64,000 nucleotides of DNA from Felis catus (lineage: Eukaryota): assembly GCF_018350175.1 (NCBI RefSeq), contig NC_058368.1, positions 175,400,001-175,464,000 on the forward strand, given 5' to 3'. Positions within the stretch are counted from its first letter, which is position 1; each line of letters opens with the position of its first letter. A program made the translations under genes and the position numbers. The notes below the pieces were generated by a model that saw nothing but the letters and a program-made list of their open reading frames with translations, was not told the DNA's origin and searched no databases. Positions 27,000-39,385 of this stretch are shown here, piece after piece.

Positions 27000-27660
27000 C
27001 CTAGAACAAATAGTCCTCTGCTCTCTTCTTTGACCTCTCAGTATTCTCGTTCACTCCTTCCCCCTTGAAACGCCCTTCTCTTTTGGGATCATGGCGGTAT
27101 CGCTCTTGGTTTTTTTCCCATTCACTGACCAGTTCTCCTCAGTTCCCTCTTCAAGATCCTCCCCCTCTGCTTGACCTGTCAGTGTTAGAATCTCTCAGGG
27201 TGAGGTCACGGCCGTGCTTCCCTCCTACAAGTCCCCTCTGAGTATTTGCTCTCCTATTACTTCCAAGCCCATCCGTATCCTTATAACTTAATCCAGACCT
27301 CATCTAGAACTCAGCTTACCCTACTGGACATTTGCCCTTGGACCAACATGCCTAAACGTACCACGTCCACAGCAAAGCTCTTTGTGGATCCACCTGCCTC
27401 TCAACATTTCTTCCTCAAGTCATCTCCCCCGAACCGCAGTATTATCCAGGCTAGTGCTCATGTCCAACCAAATACAGGAATTCTCCCATGACTCCTCCCT
27501 TGCCTTCACTCCCCGAATCCATTTCAGCGCCAGCTCCGGCTTCTCAAGCATCTCTCTCAAATCAATCCACCTGTCCAGTTACATTGCCGCCACCCTAGTC
27601 CAGAGCATCATCATCTCTCCGTGAATGGTTTCTCTGGCCAGCTTCTTGTTCCCATGCTTG
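27000..27660 (+). mobile_element. L2 LINE remnant
   Basis: ctcttctttgacctctcag...cttgaaacgcccttctc...ctactggacatttgcccttgg...ccaccctagtccagagcatcatcatctctc. Confidence 0.7.
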
Positions 27661-29310
27661 CCTCCCCAAACTTAGGGAAAAGAGTTTTCTAGATCGAGGG
27701 AACAGAAGATACCACTACACATTCAGAAAACCCTCAGGAGGCTGGCACCCGGAGCAGCCACCATGAGCGGTTTTGAGTGGCCAGAACATAGAGCAGGGGA
27801 AGTGAGGGGGAAACAGAGCTCTGAATGCCACCAAGCATCTTGAAGGTTAACTTGAAAGCAGTGAAAAGCCAAGGAAGGATTATAAACCAGAGAGTGGCTT
27901 TCCAGCTGTGTCATACAAATAATGGAGAAGCCTCTGGCCACAGTGAGATACACTAACAAGATGTGGAGAACAAGAGAAATACAACCCTACAGAGTTATTG
28001 GAATCAACTGGCTATTGGGCGTGTCATGAAATTTGATGTTCTGTTCCCGTGGAGGGAAGCCAGAAACACTTCCCTTCTATAAAAGAAGATATGGCAACAG
28101 TCACCTTTTTTTTTTTTAGTACTATGAAGGGGAAAGCATAAGAAATGTGAGCCAATCATTAATTGTACCTTGGAGGAATCAGCTTACATAAGCAAAGAAA
28201 GAGAGAAGAGAAAATAAATTTGCAAAGAAAGGCTCTATTCTCTGCAGTTGAAAAAAAAAAATGGTAAAAAAAAAACCCGGAGCCCTGAGCTCCTTGATTA
28301 ATAACAGAAATGGGGAGGGGAGGGTGGGGGAAATGGAGAGAGAAGAGGACACATTCTTTCTTATTATTTAAAGTAGGGTTTTACAAATATTTGGGAAAAA
28401 ATGAACCTCCAGATTTTCAAATACCCTTGTGGATTTGGGCACCGATACAAGTTTGTTTTCTTTTCATATTTTACATCAGTCCCCATTGTCCTGTCAGCGG
28501 CTGATATGAAGAACATAATTTAACATAATTGGCATTGTGAAAACGGGATAAATTATTCATCCCGAAAGGACCCCTCGTCTGGATATATTCCCCCTTCACT
28601 GGCAAGGCCAGATAATACATGGTGGTTCAGATGGCACAAAGTACAGATCATAAAAATTTAAAATACTACTTCCTGGGATTATCAATAATGAAGAGGTTCC
28701 CACATGGAGAGGCCCCAGGATTGGCAAGAACAATAAATAAAAGTGCAGAAGTGTTGACAAGGAGCAAGATTGTATTTTTATGAGCTGGACTTGCACGGGC
28801 TGAAAATAGATCGAAGCTGCACCCTGAAGCTCGTCTCTGCAGCTAAGAGAGAGGTTCAGAGCAGGACAATGAATCTTCTGAGCACCTACCGTGTGCCGGG
28901 CACTATTGCTAGGGGCCCTGGTGATGTGTAGTTGGTTCATTCTCCTAACTCTCCTTACAACGTTCTCCCCAATCTTCATGCAACCCCTTTAAAATCATTA
29001 GTGGTCCCATTTCTTTTCAGATGAGAGAATTTAGCCTCAGAGACGTCAGCCACTTGCCTATGACCAAATGACTGGTAAGTGGCTGAACTGGTGGTTCAAA
29101 CTCAAGATCCCCGTACTCTTTCCTATCGTTGACTTAAAGTGGGTACCCTCTGCCACTGCGCCAAAAGTGTTACAGCCTGTTTCTCAGGAAAGCCTCTCAG
29201 TGAGTCTGAAGTAGGAGTGATTATCCCCCCTTCTACAGATGAGGGACCTGAGTCCTGAAGAGCAGAAATGACCTCAGCACCTCACACACGGCTACTAAAA
29301 AGCAGGGCCT

Positions 29311-29561
29311 GGGGCGCCTGGGTGGCGCAGTCGGTTAAGCGTCCGACTTCAGCCAGGTCACGATCTCGCGGTCCGGGAGTTCGAGCCCCGCGTCAGGCTC
29401 TGGGCTTGATGGCTCGGAGCCTGGAGCCTGTTTCCGATTCTGTGTCTCCCTCTCTCTCTGCCCCTCCCCTGCTCATGCTCTATCTCTCTCTGTCCCAAAA
29501 ATAAATAAAAAACGTTGAAAAAAAAAATTTTTTTTAAATAAAAAATAAATAAATAAATAAA
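29311..29561 (+). mobile_element. Young Can-SINE (SINEC_Fc type) inserted in a MIR, antisense to NSG2
   Basis: Near-consensus copy; TSD taaaaagcagggcc on both sides. Confidence 0.95.
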
Positions 29562-30469
29562 TAAAAAGCAGGGCCAGACCTTGAACGTAAGCTTTTGGCT
29601 CAGCTCCAAGTACCACCCGCTAAGAACGCCACCATTCAAGAATTATCACCTTCCGATTCTGCTTTCATGGCACCTGACACCACATTAGGAGCTCCATGAA
29701 TTACTGTTGAATGAATGAGTCCTATCTCTAAAGAGACAAGGTGAAGTTGATCAGATGGGGCCTGAGTACTTCGCTGGGAACCTTTTCCCAGCTCCCCCCC
29801 GCTCACCTCTTAACCCATACTCCGTCTTCTGGGGTTTGAGTCTCTTTTTCTGGGCCCTCAAAGCTTGGCGAGGGCTCAGAACAGAGTAAAATGTTAGTGC
29901 TCAGAGGACATTAGCGGTAGTATTGTCCAACCCCCTCTCTCACAGGGGAGATGGGAGCCCAGAGGGGGGAAAGGGATTTGCTGCCCCTTCCGACACAGAA
30001 AGATTGGGTCAGAAGCAGGACTCTAGTATGGGTCTCGTCACTCCCAGTCTAGGGCTCTTTCCACAGGATCAGGTCTCCTTTCTTGCTCAGAGGCAGAATG
30101 GAGGCTGGGCCACTTTGGCCTCAGATGCACCAGCTGTAGTCCAATAAGACTACGTGTGTCCAACTCCGTGGCAGTGCATAGCACGTGGCCAGATGACGGA
30201 CCCTCCACCCAGTCCTCTGCGGGGAAAGGGGAGGCTTCCAGCTCCTGTTATGAGCAGAAACTAGCTGCCTGGGCCAGAATCCTTAGAGTAGAGGTCCGCA
30301 GGTCTGCCTCTGAGCCTGTCCTCTGTGGTCCAGAGGCCCAGCCCACTTCACCGCTCAGCACTGCTTGTGGTCTGAGGCCAGCCCTGTGCTCTCCACGATG
30401 ATCTTGATTCTGGGACTCAGCTGCTGAGAACGGTAAGAATAGCAACAGCAACAAGAACAATAGCCTTGC

Positions 30470-30665
30470 ATTCGCATTTACTCCGCGCTGGACAGCCGGG
30501 TGAACATTCGACTTACATTGGCTCATTTCGCCCTTAAAACAGTTCTCACGGGAAGAGATGATTGTCCTCATTTTTAACAGCGAGGAAACAAAGGTACGGA
30601 GTGGCTAATAAACTTGCCCAGGGTCGCACAGCAAGTAGGTGACAGAGTTAGGGTTCAGATTCAAA
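30470..30665 (-). mobile_element. MIR SINE remnant
   Basis: gtcctcattttt aacagcgaggaaacaaaggt...aacttgcccagggtcgcacagcaagtaggtgacagag...gattcaaa. Confidence 0.75.
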
Positions 30666-31459
30666 GCACACTGCTATAATGCCTTCCGCCACATGCTGGG
30701 ACACCGGTTTGCTCCTTGTGTGAGTGTGCGAGTCACTTCCATGCTCCAAGACCGTCTCACCATCTGGGAGAATGGGGGTGACTTTTTAGAAGCGGAAAAT
30801 CTGGTACATGCTCATGGTAAAAAAAAAAAAAAAAGAGTATGAAAAATAGAGAATGAAAGCCTTCAAACGGGCCACCTTCCAACCCCTATCCCTACTCCCT
30901 CAACATTGAATGGTGTCTTGTGAGTCTCTCCAAACCTGTTTTGTGAAATTAAGGGCAAAACATACACACAGATGTGTTTCCACAAATAGGATGACTCCAT
31001 ACTGTGCTCCTTAAAGCTGTTTTAACGGAGCGATGTCTGTCACTCCTTCCACATCACACAAGCAAGGATGCTTCGTTCTCACAACAGCCACTTAGCCTTC
31101 CACAGCCGTGCACTCAAGTTCATCCCACCCGTCCAAGCGCGTGGAACATTCCAGTTGTTCACAGGCCTTTTTTTTAATACATAAGCCTTGGCGTACTTGA
31201 AAAAAATATACCCCTAAGGTCACTACCTTCCGGTAAGAAGCATACCAATCAAGTGGTATCTATAGTTTAAATTTTATAAGCGATGTCAACACACCCTCTG
31301 CAGAATACTGCACCATATTATGTAACCAACAAGAGTGTGCCGAGAAGCTCTGCTTAGCCCCGTGCTAAGAGCACCAGACGTTACCAAACGTTGTCATTTG
31401 GGGATTTTTTTCTTTTTTGCCAATCTAATAGGTAAAAAGTTATATTTTGCTTTAAATTC

Positions 31460-31667
31460 TATTTTTTTCGTTTTTTAATGTTTATTTTTGAGAGACAGAG
31501 CACGAGTGGGGGAGGGGCAGAGAGCCAGGGAGACAGAGAATCCCAAGCAGGCTCCAGGCTTCGAGCTGTCAGCATAGAGTCCGACGCGGGGCTCGAACCC
31601 ACGGACCGTGAGATCATGACCTGAGCCGGAGTCGGCCGCTTAACCGACGGAGCCACCCAGGCGCCCC
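31460..31667 (-). mobile_element. Can-SINE within an old L1 3' remnant
   Basis: Reverse-strand SINE ending ccacccaggcgcccc. Confidence 0.93.
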
Positions 31668-32209
31668 TAAAATTATATTTTTAAATTGTAATTTTAAATA
31701 TGCTTAGTGGTCATTTTATATCTATTTGATGGAATTGCCTGGTCAGAGCCTTTGCCCCAATTTGGGACAACTGTTTCTTGAGAGTGTCTGAAGAATAGAA
31801 TAAGGGGGCTCTGTGAATCTCAAATCTGCAGAGACGTGCACTTCTGCTGCTCTCTAAGGAAAGGCTGATGGTTCCGTGATCCTGTGTTGCAGAGAGAAGA
31901 AGAACCCTCTGGTAAAGCCACAAGAGAGGCCAAGAAAGCACACAGGACTCAGTGACAGGAGAGGCATTTTCTTTGGCCACATTCGTCCAGGTCCACCCTG
32001 TTGGGCCCCCCTGTACCCTCACCTTGAAAACCCCATCCTTCTCGGCATCTTTTATTTTTATAGTCACCGTCCAAAAATGTGAACTTCAGGAAACACAGTC
32101 AGGATGCCCAGTGAAAGGTAGGAAGCTATCTGTGTGCCATTAGACCATTTTCATGCTTTTTCCCCACAATAGCCCTGTTAGGTAGGAATTATACTCATTT
32201 TACTATAGG

Positions 32210-32216
32210 ACACACA

Positions 32217-32260
<44 letters not shown>
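32210..32260. repeat. (CA)n microsatellite inside a MIR
   Basis: Direct read. Confidence 0.95.
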
Positions 32261-32261
<1 letters not shown>

Positions 32262-33364
32262 CCCAGAGATCCTAAGCAACTTGCCTAAAGCCACACAGTA
32301 AGTAAATAGCTTAGCTGAGACCCAAACCCAGGCCTCTGGGGCTACAAAGCACCTGTGGTTCACCACGCAAAATACAAAGTGTACCAAACATCAATACTGG
32401 ATCTCCAAAAGTCTGCATTCCTTTCCTCCCACAAGCAGGTGATCCAGCCTCGTCCAGGACATATAAAGACTACTGATTACTAAATCAGTAGAAAGGAAAG
32501 GAACGTTTGCCCACAGCCTGGTTGCTAGCTTGCCAAATACATGATTCATCTGGGGCTTTGCCAAGGTGGAGCTGTGTTCGTTTGTGGCTCGCTTTCTGCA
32601 GACCTGCCGCCCATTCGTTGGCATCTCTTAGCACACCTGTGTGCAGGTCTTGGTGCATTGATCCTTTGGGTGTCCTAGGACAGCATTTCACCTCTCTGAG
32701 TCTGTTTTTGCCTCTGTAAAATGGCCATAATGCTTGCAACCTCACAGATGGGTTGTGGGGACATCCAAGTTACTGTGGTCACTTAGATACACCAAAGGCG
32801 GCAGGGCCCTAAAGGCATGTCCTACAATATGGTATCTGCAGACGGATGTTCCAGCCTCTAGAAAGCTTGTGCTCATGGGCTGCAGAAGCCACCCAACTGC
32901 TTGGATTCAAGTCTATTCCTACATCTGTCAAGTGGAGAAACTAAAGCCCAGCTTTAGGCTATGCAAGGGACAGGGGACCTTACTCAGCCAGCATTTCCCA
33001 CTGCCCGTTGCATGCCAGGCTGCACGATGAGGCAGAGCCAGGGCCCTCAGGCCCTAGTGGGCAAATACCCTCAGTGCCAACCAGACACCAAGTCAACCTA
33101 AGTCCGCCCCCCTCCCCATTCCCACTGCCACTGCCCTAGTGCGTGCCACCACCACCTCCCTCATGAACATGGCAGTGGCCTTCTAGCTGACTTCCTGCCT
33201 GCCACTCACTTCTCTTCTTCCACCACTCATGGGAGAGGCATGGTGCAGGAAACCCAGTCACCTCTGTCTTGGGAAAACTACTCTGGTTTTGTAAGAGGGA
33301 TCCATGACAAGGGACAAGGAAGAGGAGACCAGGAGACCCAGCATGGGTCCCTCGTCCTTAGGGT

Positions 33365-33928
33365 GGCCCACAGCAGCCAGAGGAATCTTCCTCAAATAGA
33401 AACCTGATCCTATTATTCTCCTACTTTAAACCCCTTCAGAAAATACGCTGAGCCCCCCATGAACTTGGGCCCACCTCACCTCATCTCTCAAATCTCTCTC
33501 CCTCACTCAGAATGCCCAGCCAACCTGGCCTCCTGCCTATTCCCCCAACTCCCTCAGTGCCTATCCACATGCATGACCCTCTGCCTCTACTCCCCTTACC
33601 ACCCATCCCCCAGGTGTCAAGCAGGGACCTTCCCCAGGAGGACCTCCCTTGACCAGCCTGCATCACAATCAGGTCTCTTGCGCCTTATCCTTTCTCACAT
33701 CACAGTCCCATATTCCTTCCTTAGAGCCCTTCCTGCAGCTTGCGTCCCTGTACAGCTGTTTGTATGATGGCTTGCTTGAAGTCTGCCCCATTGGACTGGA
33801 AACTCCGTGAAAGCAGTGGTCCCGCCTGACTTCTCATGGCTGGCTATGCGTAGCTTAGCACAGTGCCTGGCACATGGAAGGAGCCCAAGAAGATGTGCTG
33901 GACGAGGGAGTGACTGAGTGAGTGAATA
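33365..33928 (+). mobile_element. L2 LINE 3' end
   Basis: cagcagccagaggaatctt...gactggaaactccgtgaaagcag...cttagcacagtgcctggcacatgg...gagtgagtgaat is the L2 terminus. Confidence 0.75.
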
Positions 33929-34134
33929 CCTTCCATGTTGATAAGTAAAACCATAGCTATAAGTATGGGTGGCTAGGCAAGGTGCCCAGAAGAGCTGCCA
34001 TCTGAGCTGGGTTTAGGAAGATGAGTTCTGGCTTATTAGGCAAAGGGGTGAGAAGGGCATTCTGGGCAGAAAGAATGGCCTGTGCAAGGAGGAGGAAGCA
34101 GGAACCACTCTGGAGAGTGTGGAAAACTCGAGGG

Positions 34135-34325
34135 TAGTGTTTCTCAACCCTGCCACTGTTGACATTTGGGGGGTGCATCGTATGCACTGTAGGATACTTA
34201 GCAGCAGTCTTGGCCTCCACCCACTAGATGCCAATAGTGTCCCCCCACCTACAGTTTTCACAACCAAAAATGTCTCCAGACATGGCCAAATGTCCCACTG
34301 AGGGGAAAATCACCCTCCACTGCTC
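34135..34325. mobile_element. MER20 (hAT-Charlie)
   Basis: agtgtttctcaaccctgccactgttgacatttgg...ccacccactagatgccaatag...aatgtctccagacatggccaaatgtccc. Confidence 0.85.
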
Positions 34326-34729
34326 TAGGTAGGTCTGACCTGCTGGTGTTCAAAGTACAAAGTAGGAGTGGTGGGAATGGAAGCCAGTGGGCAGAGGAGG
34401 ATTTGCCAAGGCCAGGACTTGAGGACTGTAGACAGTGCAGATGACTGAAAAGGGTTTCCGTGGGAGAAGGGCCCGGTCCCATCTCCAGGGAGGCTCCCTC
34501 AGGCGCAGTGTGGAGATGGGATGCTGGCCCATCTCCCCTCCTGAGGCAGGCACCAATCCCTCCAGTATTGGGCAGGGAGGGAGCACTGGAGGCCGGGATG
34601 TTCTCTCTGGAGGATGGTGCCCAGGCCTCACCTGCTGATCCAGGGAGCTCAAGGAGGAGCAGGGCCACAGATGAGAGTTTGAGGAAGCATTCTTGGGGGT
34701 GGGAGGCTTCTTGTTATTGAGGGCAGCAC

Positions 34730-34925
34730 AGTGCAGAGGGAAAAATCGGGGTTTCAGGTGCACTGGGATTCCAACCCCAGCTCTCCCACTCCGTCTTTGA
34801 GGCTTGGGCAAGTCACTCTATTGACCTAACCTCAGTTTCCCCATCAGTGTAATGGGTGCACTATCCACCCCCCAACAGAGCCATTGAGAAGATTAACTGA
34901 AATAATGGATGTGAATGCCTTGTGA
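34730..34925 (+). mobile_element. MIR SINE remnant
   Basis: ctgggattccaaccccagctc...ttgggcaagtcact...cctcagtttccccatcagtgtaatggg. Confidence 0.75.
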
Positions 34926-35841
34926 GGCCCATTCCCAGCCCAGAGACAGGGCTTCAGACATGCTCATTTCTCCAGTTAGCCTCCGAAAGGTTTCCGCCTG
35001 AAACTCCGTCTTCATACTAAAGCACATTTAGTGAACAAACCTAAAGACGATTGTCACTATCACACACCAAGCACACTCTACATTTCACATTTTCAAAAAA
35101 AAAAAAAAAAACAACAACATTATTCAACATGAGGGTTAAATATACTTCCTTCTGATGTGCCTATTTTCGAACACTCACCATCTGACTGGAACCTAACCAA
35201 AGAACTAAAAACTGCATCAGGACTCACTTCACCTTCCCTACAGTCCTGTGACTTGAGCCCCGATACCCGTATCCCCACTTTACAATGAAGAGGCTGACGG
35301 AGCTTAAGAAACTTGCTGCAAGACATCAGCCAGGGCAAAATAGTAAAAGGTGGGGCAGGGCCGGGCTTCAGCATCTCTGCTGCCAGCCCAGCACGTGTTG
35401 GACCCCAAGTGCAATTTCACTTCTAAGGCATCCGTCGTCACTTCGGGGGGAAATGTGTTTACTCCTGCGAATACTATAAAATCAAAGCGCTAGCATGGAA
35501 AACCGCTACGATAATTTCCTGCTCAGAGAAGAGAAGACAGAGGTCTAAGGGAGGAGAAAAAAGTCACATGAGTCACATTGTTAGATTGGCAACTGAGCTC
35601 AAGCCAAAGCCCAAGTTGGTGGACTCTCAGGCCAGCTGGCTCCTGGTTTCTGCTGAAGTGGAAGCTTCTGGAACAACACTGCTTGGGTTCTGGGTTCTCT
35701 AGACATTGCCAGGATGCTCCCTTAACTATGTGCTTTGGGAAGTTACTTTACCACTCCATGATTGAATTTTGTCATCTTCAGAAATTAAAGTAACAATTCC
35801 CTTATTCAGTTCTATGAACTATTGAAAGCGTGAAAGAAAAG

Positions 35842-35842
35842 T

Positions 35843-35883
<41 letters not shown>
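35842..35883. repeat. (TG)n microsatellite
   Basis: Direct read. Confidence 0.93.
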
Positions 35884-35886
<3 letters not shown>

Positions 35887-36687
35887 GTGTGTTTACATAC
35901 AGCTTAGAACAGAACCTAGTATTTAGGATTTAGGAAGCACTTGAAAATTATTATTATTATTCTTGTATAGTTACTTTTATGCCAGGTACTTTATATATGA
36001 GGCCATATCTAACTTTGTTCTGACAATTGTGAGGTAGGGATGATCCTCCCCACTTCACAAAGGAGGAAATTGAGGTGCCTGGTAGGAAAACTTTGTCATG
36101 AATGTCTGTGACGAGCCCCTGTTAGGATGTGTCCCTCTAGGGATTTGCATCTTCCAGAATGCATTGCCTTCCCTTTCCATGCATTCAGGTCCCCAATGTA
36201 TTTGTCCTTCAGGCTTTGGGACAGCTTTTCGGTACATCTGGATTGGACACTCAATGGTTATTATGCCTTTTCCTCTCTAAACCAGAGAAGAAAGCCCCCG
36301 AAAGTGAGAGGATGGAATGGTGTTGGAGTAAAGGGAGACAGAGGCCATGGTATCTCTGGATGATTTGCAGGTGTTTATAGGCATTGGGGGAGGGGTGGCC
36401 TCACCACAATCCGTTTTCCTTGCACACCTTTAAGGGACATACAGGTCTTCCAGGCTATAGCTGTTGGCAGAAGGGTAAAGATTCTTCCTGAAGCCTCATA
36501 AAACCTTGAGAAAATATCTCCTTTTCCCTCTCCAATTTCCATTATATCTGGGTTCGGATTCCAGCATTGCTGCTTACTCCTGTCTGTAAGGTCGGATAAC
36601 TAACCAAATTTCTCTGAGCCTTCGCCTTTTCACCTATAAATTTGTGTGCATAATCCCTGACTCCCATGGGGAGATGTGCACCTACCA

Positions 36688-36873
36688 CAGTGATGCTCAA
36701 CTTTGGCTGCACACAGGAGTCACTTGGGGAGATTTCATTAATACTGATGCCTGGGTCTCACGCCCAGAGCTTCTGATATAATTGTTCTGGTATGTAGCCC
36801 AGGTATCAGGATTTTCAAAGCCCCCCCCCCTCCAGATGATTCTAATACGCAGTCAAAAACTGAGAACCTCTGC
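36688..36873. mobile_element. MER5-family hAT MITE
   Basis: cagtgatgctcaactttggctgcac...cacttggggag...aatactgatgcctggg...gatgattctaatacgcag...tgagaacctctg, with degenerate terminal inverted repeats. Confidence 0.8.
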
Positions 36874-38063
36874 TATACCTGCAGCAGATACCTAGCTAAT
36901 ACTGTTCTTTCACATTTCTTTCGTGTTAAGTGCCTGTTCACATTTTATTTTTAAAAGCCTTATCAGTCTCTCATGATGGCTCAAGGATCCTTTATCTCTG
37001 CCACCCCCATGTACATTCTCAGATTGACAACCTCTGCACTTTCAAAACAGATGACTCAACCCCCAGCCAATCAGCCAGGCCCTCTATCTAGCTTTGGCTC
37101 CTCTTCTGTTCATTGGCTAGAGCCAATTGGTTAAGACACACAATGCCCTCCTGGAGATGCCAATGAGAAAATCAAACAGATGGAATGATCCATTGTTTGC
37201 TCTTCAGCCAGGGAACTATATCATTTACCTCCAAATCTAACTCTCACAGTGTGCAAAAGCTCACATTGCAAAACCCCAAGTTCTCTCAACTGGATCTTAA
37301 ACAATAATGTTTCTCCCACCTCTGTCCACGGAATGACTTTTGTATCAGTGCCCACCTTTGTACAAATGCCCACCTCCATTCTTCATGGACTACTCCCATG
37401 TCAGGAGATGTGCCATCAGCCAGTCATTCATTTCCAGCCACGCCTCCCCCAAAGAGGCTCTACTCTAGTCACGCTATTTCTCCAAAGCTCTCCATGCTTT
37501 GCCTATGTCTTAAATGTCTTTTCCTCCTGTAGTCTATCTGGAAGATTTTTACTCACCTTTACAAGCCAAATTCAAATGTTCTCCTCTGCAGTTTACCTAA
37601 TCTGTCCTTCCAGCCCCCTTCCTCCCCAACAGAATTTAATTGTTTCCGCCCCTGTGCTCTCACAACCTGTGAAATTCTCAGGTATAGCATTTACCCTGAT
37701 GCATTATATCAAGTATTTTACTAGATGGGGATTTTGTAATTTGTCTTTTCGTAACCAACTTGTAGCGCAGGGATAGGGCCTCAGCAGGTGCAAACTAAAT
37801 GCTTGTTGGACTGCATCCAATTCTCTGTCCTCAAATCTATACCAGTGAATTTTTGAAACACCTCCCCCAAATAATCAAGACAATTTTCTCTGTCACCATC
37901 TACAAGCTTATTAGCACTCATCTGCTACGACAAAACTTTAAAAAAGAAAGATTAATTTTCTTGCCCATGTATGCATATGTGAACAAAAAATGAGTAAACA
38001 CTTACCATAAACCTGAAATAACATGAGAAATGTCATGTCTCTGAAAGGAATAACTACCTTTTA

Positions 38064-38366
<303 letters not shown>

Positions 38367-39245
38367 TTACAGTAGGAGGTGAGGCAGGGAAAAAGAGGGC
38401 TGACGACAGAGAAAAAGCGCTGTCCTCAACAGCTCCACTCGGCTTTCAATATAGAGATCAGTCATCTATCTATCTTTTGCTAGATTTCCTGACATGATTC
38501 TCATTATCCAGTAAAACTTCTTTAATCATCAAAATATGCCACCCACCCATGGGGTTCAACAGCCTTAAAATTCGGGAAACTCAAGGAAAATCCCAGACTT
38601 ACACAAACAATATACAAGCTTTAAAAAAAAAATCCAAGACACTAGAGCTAATACAGTCATATAATCTCAGTGAAAAGCTTATTTGTACTGCAAAATTAAA
38701 TCCCATAATTCTGGGTCACTCTGCAGTATGATAAATTTCACCTTACCACCACACCTTACCACCTTGCTATTTTATTATGTTGGCTTTGCTTCAGCAATCT
38801 CCCTAAAATACAATAAGTACATTCAATGTCTCTATGTATACTGCACCCTTTCACATGATATGTAGGTTGTACAGGAGGTGCAATTTCCTAAAACAAAAAA
38901 GGACTGGCTTGAACCTGATCCTCTATTCAGCCATGGAATGCCTCCATTTCCTCAATAGCGAAGGGCCATTTTTTTTTTTTTTTTTGCTTCCATGGAAAGT
39001 TAGCAACCCCCACATTGCAAGATTGCCAACTAAATAAACAAATCGCATATATTTCTCTCAAGCTCCTTTGGAAGTCAAACGGTACTCCCACCCCAACCCT
39101 AGAAGCCCAGACAACTGAATTTCTCTTGTCAATCCTGATGATGGAACATTATTAGACAAAATAGGGTTGTTGTGGAGGTGAAAGGGATGGCAAAGGGTCG
39201 GAGGATATTGAGCAGTGGTTATAGCAAAAACAAATGCCTACTTAC

Positions 39246-39385
39246 TGTGATGCACTCTTGGGGGGTCAGAGCAGATTCAAGCCAATTTGAAGAGGAGGAG
39301 GACGGCCAGGAGTCCTCCCTCCTCAGCCCGAGCTCGTGGTGCTGAAAGGACAGCGCCTTGCCTGTGTCTGGATTGGGAGTTTCTG
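39246..39385 (-). other. NSG2: NSG2 non-coding exon 1 (5'UTR); 5' end approximate
   Basis: Donor CACA|gtaagt at 39246/39245, about 0.9 kb upstream of the exon 2 acceptor. Locally GC- and CpG-rich, with no ATG in the spliced leader. Confidence 0.8.
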
